From: Basidiobolus meristosporus CBS 931.73
Lineage: Eukaryota; Fungi; Basidiobolomycota
DNA length: 64,000 nucleotides
Direction of reading: 5' to 3'
Assembly: GCA_002104905.1 (NCBI GenBank)
Contig: MCFE01000383.1
Coordinates: forward strand, 1 to 64,000
Shown: piece by piece, positions 62,169-64,000 of the stretch
How the letters are laid out: each line of letters begins with the position of its first letter
Numbering within the stretch: position 1 is the first letter of the stretch
Notes under the pieces: model-generated
The model's database searches: none
The model's input: the letters and a program-made list of their open reading frames with translations, nothing else
What the model was told of the DNA's origin: nothing
Made by a program: the position numbers and the translations under genes

Positions 62169-63315
62169 TCACATCCCAGCCAAACTGGACTCGGTGTCTT
62201 TCAGCGGATACGAATCGGCACACCTCTGTTTGTCGCTACTGGTGTAGCCATCCAGTGCACTCTTATGTGTTCCTGATGCACCGAAGCTTTGCTCCCTCAG
62301 TTTGGCCATTCGATTCAGCACCAGCAGGTCATTTGCCAGACGTAGTTGCAGTATGACATCAATATGGATCAGTATCTCTGTGTTGCGCCCCAGCACACCA
62401 ATGAACACGCAAACGTTGATGATGAACCTGGAAAAATCAATTCTTAGCCGATCGCTCCGCGTGGGCCAATGGGGGATGTACGTACGATATGGTGAGCATT
62501 GGTACCGCCTCGTACAGAAACTCTTTGAACAACGAATGGAGCAGTTGATTGTTGTGGGCATGGCGGCGCATAGCCCTCGCATGCTCGAACACCTAGAGAG
62601 GTGGTCAGTGAGTACGGAGTCGATCACTTCGGGCAGAAATACTTGCCTTCACCATGAACAAACCGGTCAGCACAATGTCGGTCACCACATCAAACGCTAT
62701 GGTGATCTGCGTGGAACACTTGGTCAGGGTAGTGGTACAGAAAGGGACAAAAAGAAGTGACAAGGTCAGGGGTAAGGGTAAGGGAAAAGGGTGGTAGTGG
62801 AAAGGGTGCAGTACTTGCCTGGGTCGAGATGGGCTCCAGCACGGAGATGCACACCGCCTGGTTTCCTTCGCTCACATCGTTGGAAAGGAGTGCGCAGTGG
62901 GTGTTGGTGGAGATCAACCTGATGACTATCACTACGGCGAAGAGGTAGCGGATACTCTTTCGATGCAGAGTCACGGCCTCGCATCTCCAAAACAAAATCA
63001 CTTGGTTCAGCACCTTTGCCAGTTGGATGGCCGCACATGTTGTTCGTAGTCGAGTCTGACAGTCCCCATAGAAAGAATTCAGGACAACGTCCACGATGTT
63101 GGTTAAAGTCGCCCCTGCCACAAATGGTTAGCTACGCAGGTGAGGGGGATTTCCAGGGCTAGCTTACCTATCACCAAAAGATTGGATAGGACATGCAAGA
63201 AACCTGCCCTGGTACACACTATCCTGATGTTGGTAAGTACGACACGAAGGTTGATCAAGGCCGAGGTGAGCGAAGCCACAAGGACGCCAGAGTAAAGACG
63301 ATCATAGGAAATCAT
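62169..63315 (-). CDS. Orphan 7TM (GPCR-like) membrane protein, 289 aa, 5 exons
   Basis: Exons 63315-63168, 63114-62819, 62706-62647, 62592-62486 and 62427-62169 give an 870-nt open CDS with seven hydrophobic segments; introns 2 and 3 have GC donors. Confidence 0.75.
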
Positions 63316-63695
63316 CTTCGATTGAGGTGGTGGAAACAGCCATTTGCTACACTCCGACCCATTTTAATGCTAAGGGTCCGACCTCAGAAATTTTTCTGAA
63401 GCTGTAGTGTGCTACGTATGGTGCATTCGACAAACCAAGTCACAAGCCACAGAATTGGTTCAGCGAGGTCAGAGTCGGCTCGGGGCGCTGATTGGCCCCT
63501 CGTATAAAGTTGGTTTGAGTTAAGCATAACTGCTGGGGTGATGTCACAATGGTACCACCCAAGATTATTAAATCCAATCTATTTCTCAACAGAACCGGTG
63601 TACCCCCCGGTAACAAGATGGATGTCGAGTTCGTTGTTTCTCTAATTAAATTACTTTATTTCAAACCAATAGCATTCAACGTCCAATATTATCTA

Positions 63696-64000
63696 TCAGT
63701 TGGGGAAGGTACAGAATCTGAAGCCATCTTCCTTAGCGCACACCTGGCCATTGGCACAATCATTGTCACTGGAGCAGAGGCAGGAGTCTTCCAACGCGCA
63801 GTGCTTGATGGCTGGGTTCAGCTTGGATGGGATGTCGTTGAAGATGCGATTGGTGAAGTCGTTGCTGAACACTCCGCGGGGATCGTAGCGGCGAACAAGT
63901 CTGGCGAAATCCTTGAGCTTGGGGTGAGCGGCGGCACGAACCTCGTGGGAGAAGTAGTACTGGCCATTCTTGCCCCAATGTGGACGAGCGTCATACTTGT
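63696..64000 (-). CDS. 3' end of an FAD-linked aldonolactone oxidase (L-gulonolactone oxidase/ALO family), continuing beyond the window
   Basis: Frame 63998-63696: KYDARPHWGKNGQYY...RRYDPRGVFSNDFTNRIF...CALEDSCLCSSDNDCANGQVC...CTFPN*. Confidence 0.85.
   Translation of the reverse strand, partial: KYDARPHWGKNGQYYFSHEVRAAAHPKLKDFARLVRRYDPRGVFSNDFTNRIFNDIPSKLNPAIKHCALEDSCLCSSDNDCANGQVCAKEDGFRFCTFPN

Noticed and set aside
1-64000. CRISPR arrays, rRNA and tRNA genes
   Set aside because: No regularly spaced repeats or structural RNA signatures seen; the DNA is eukaryotic.

Overview
Eukaryotic, intron-containing DNA, most likely from an early-diverging fungus (Basidiobolus-like; this is inference from gene content, not a database match). 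The window has two sharply different halves. (1) 1-35,077 is a CpG-depleted nest of transposons. It holds a young, nearly intact Ty1/copia element (1-4442, minus), older copia copies, a non-coding LTR element nested in one of them, solo LTRs with target-site duplications, Ty3/gypsy 3' ends, CACTA/EnSpm (Tnp2) relics, and two copies of a 3,433-bp two-gene PIF/Harbinger-superfamily (PHIS) DNA transposon with short TIRs. (2) 35,078-64,000 is CpG-rich and genic. It holds a tandem array of three intronless secreted I9-S8-PA-Fn3 subtilisins plus a fourth relic, a C2 + class-3 lipase, a Tc1/IS630-derived gene lacking two catalytic Asp, a DHA1 MFS transporter, a cryptic 289-aa 7TM GPCR-like gene that is only readable through two consecutive GC-AG introns, and the 3' end of a plant-type gulonolactone-oxidase-like gene. 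No rRNA, tRNA or CRISPR array was seen. All alignments and identities were judged by eye.
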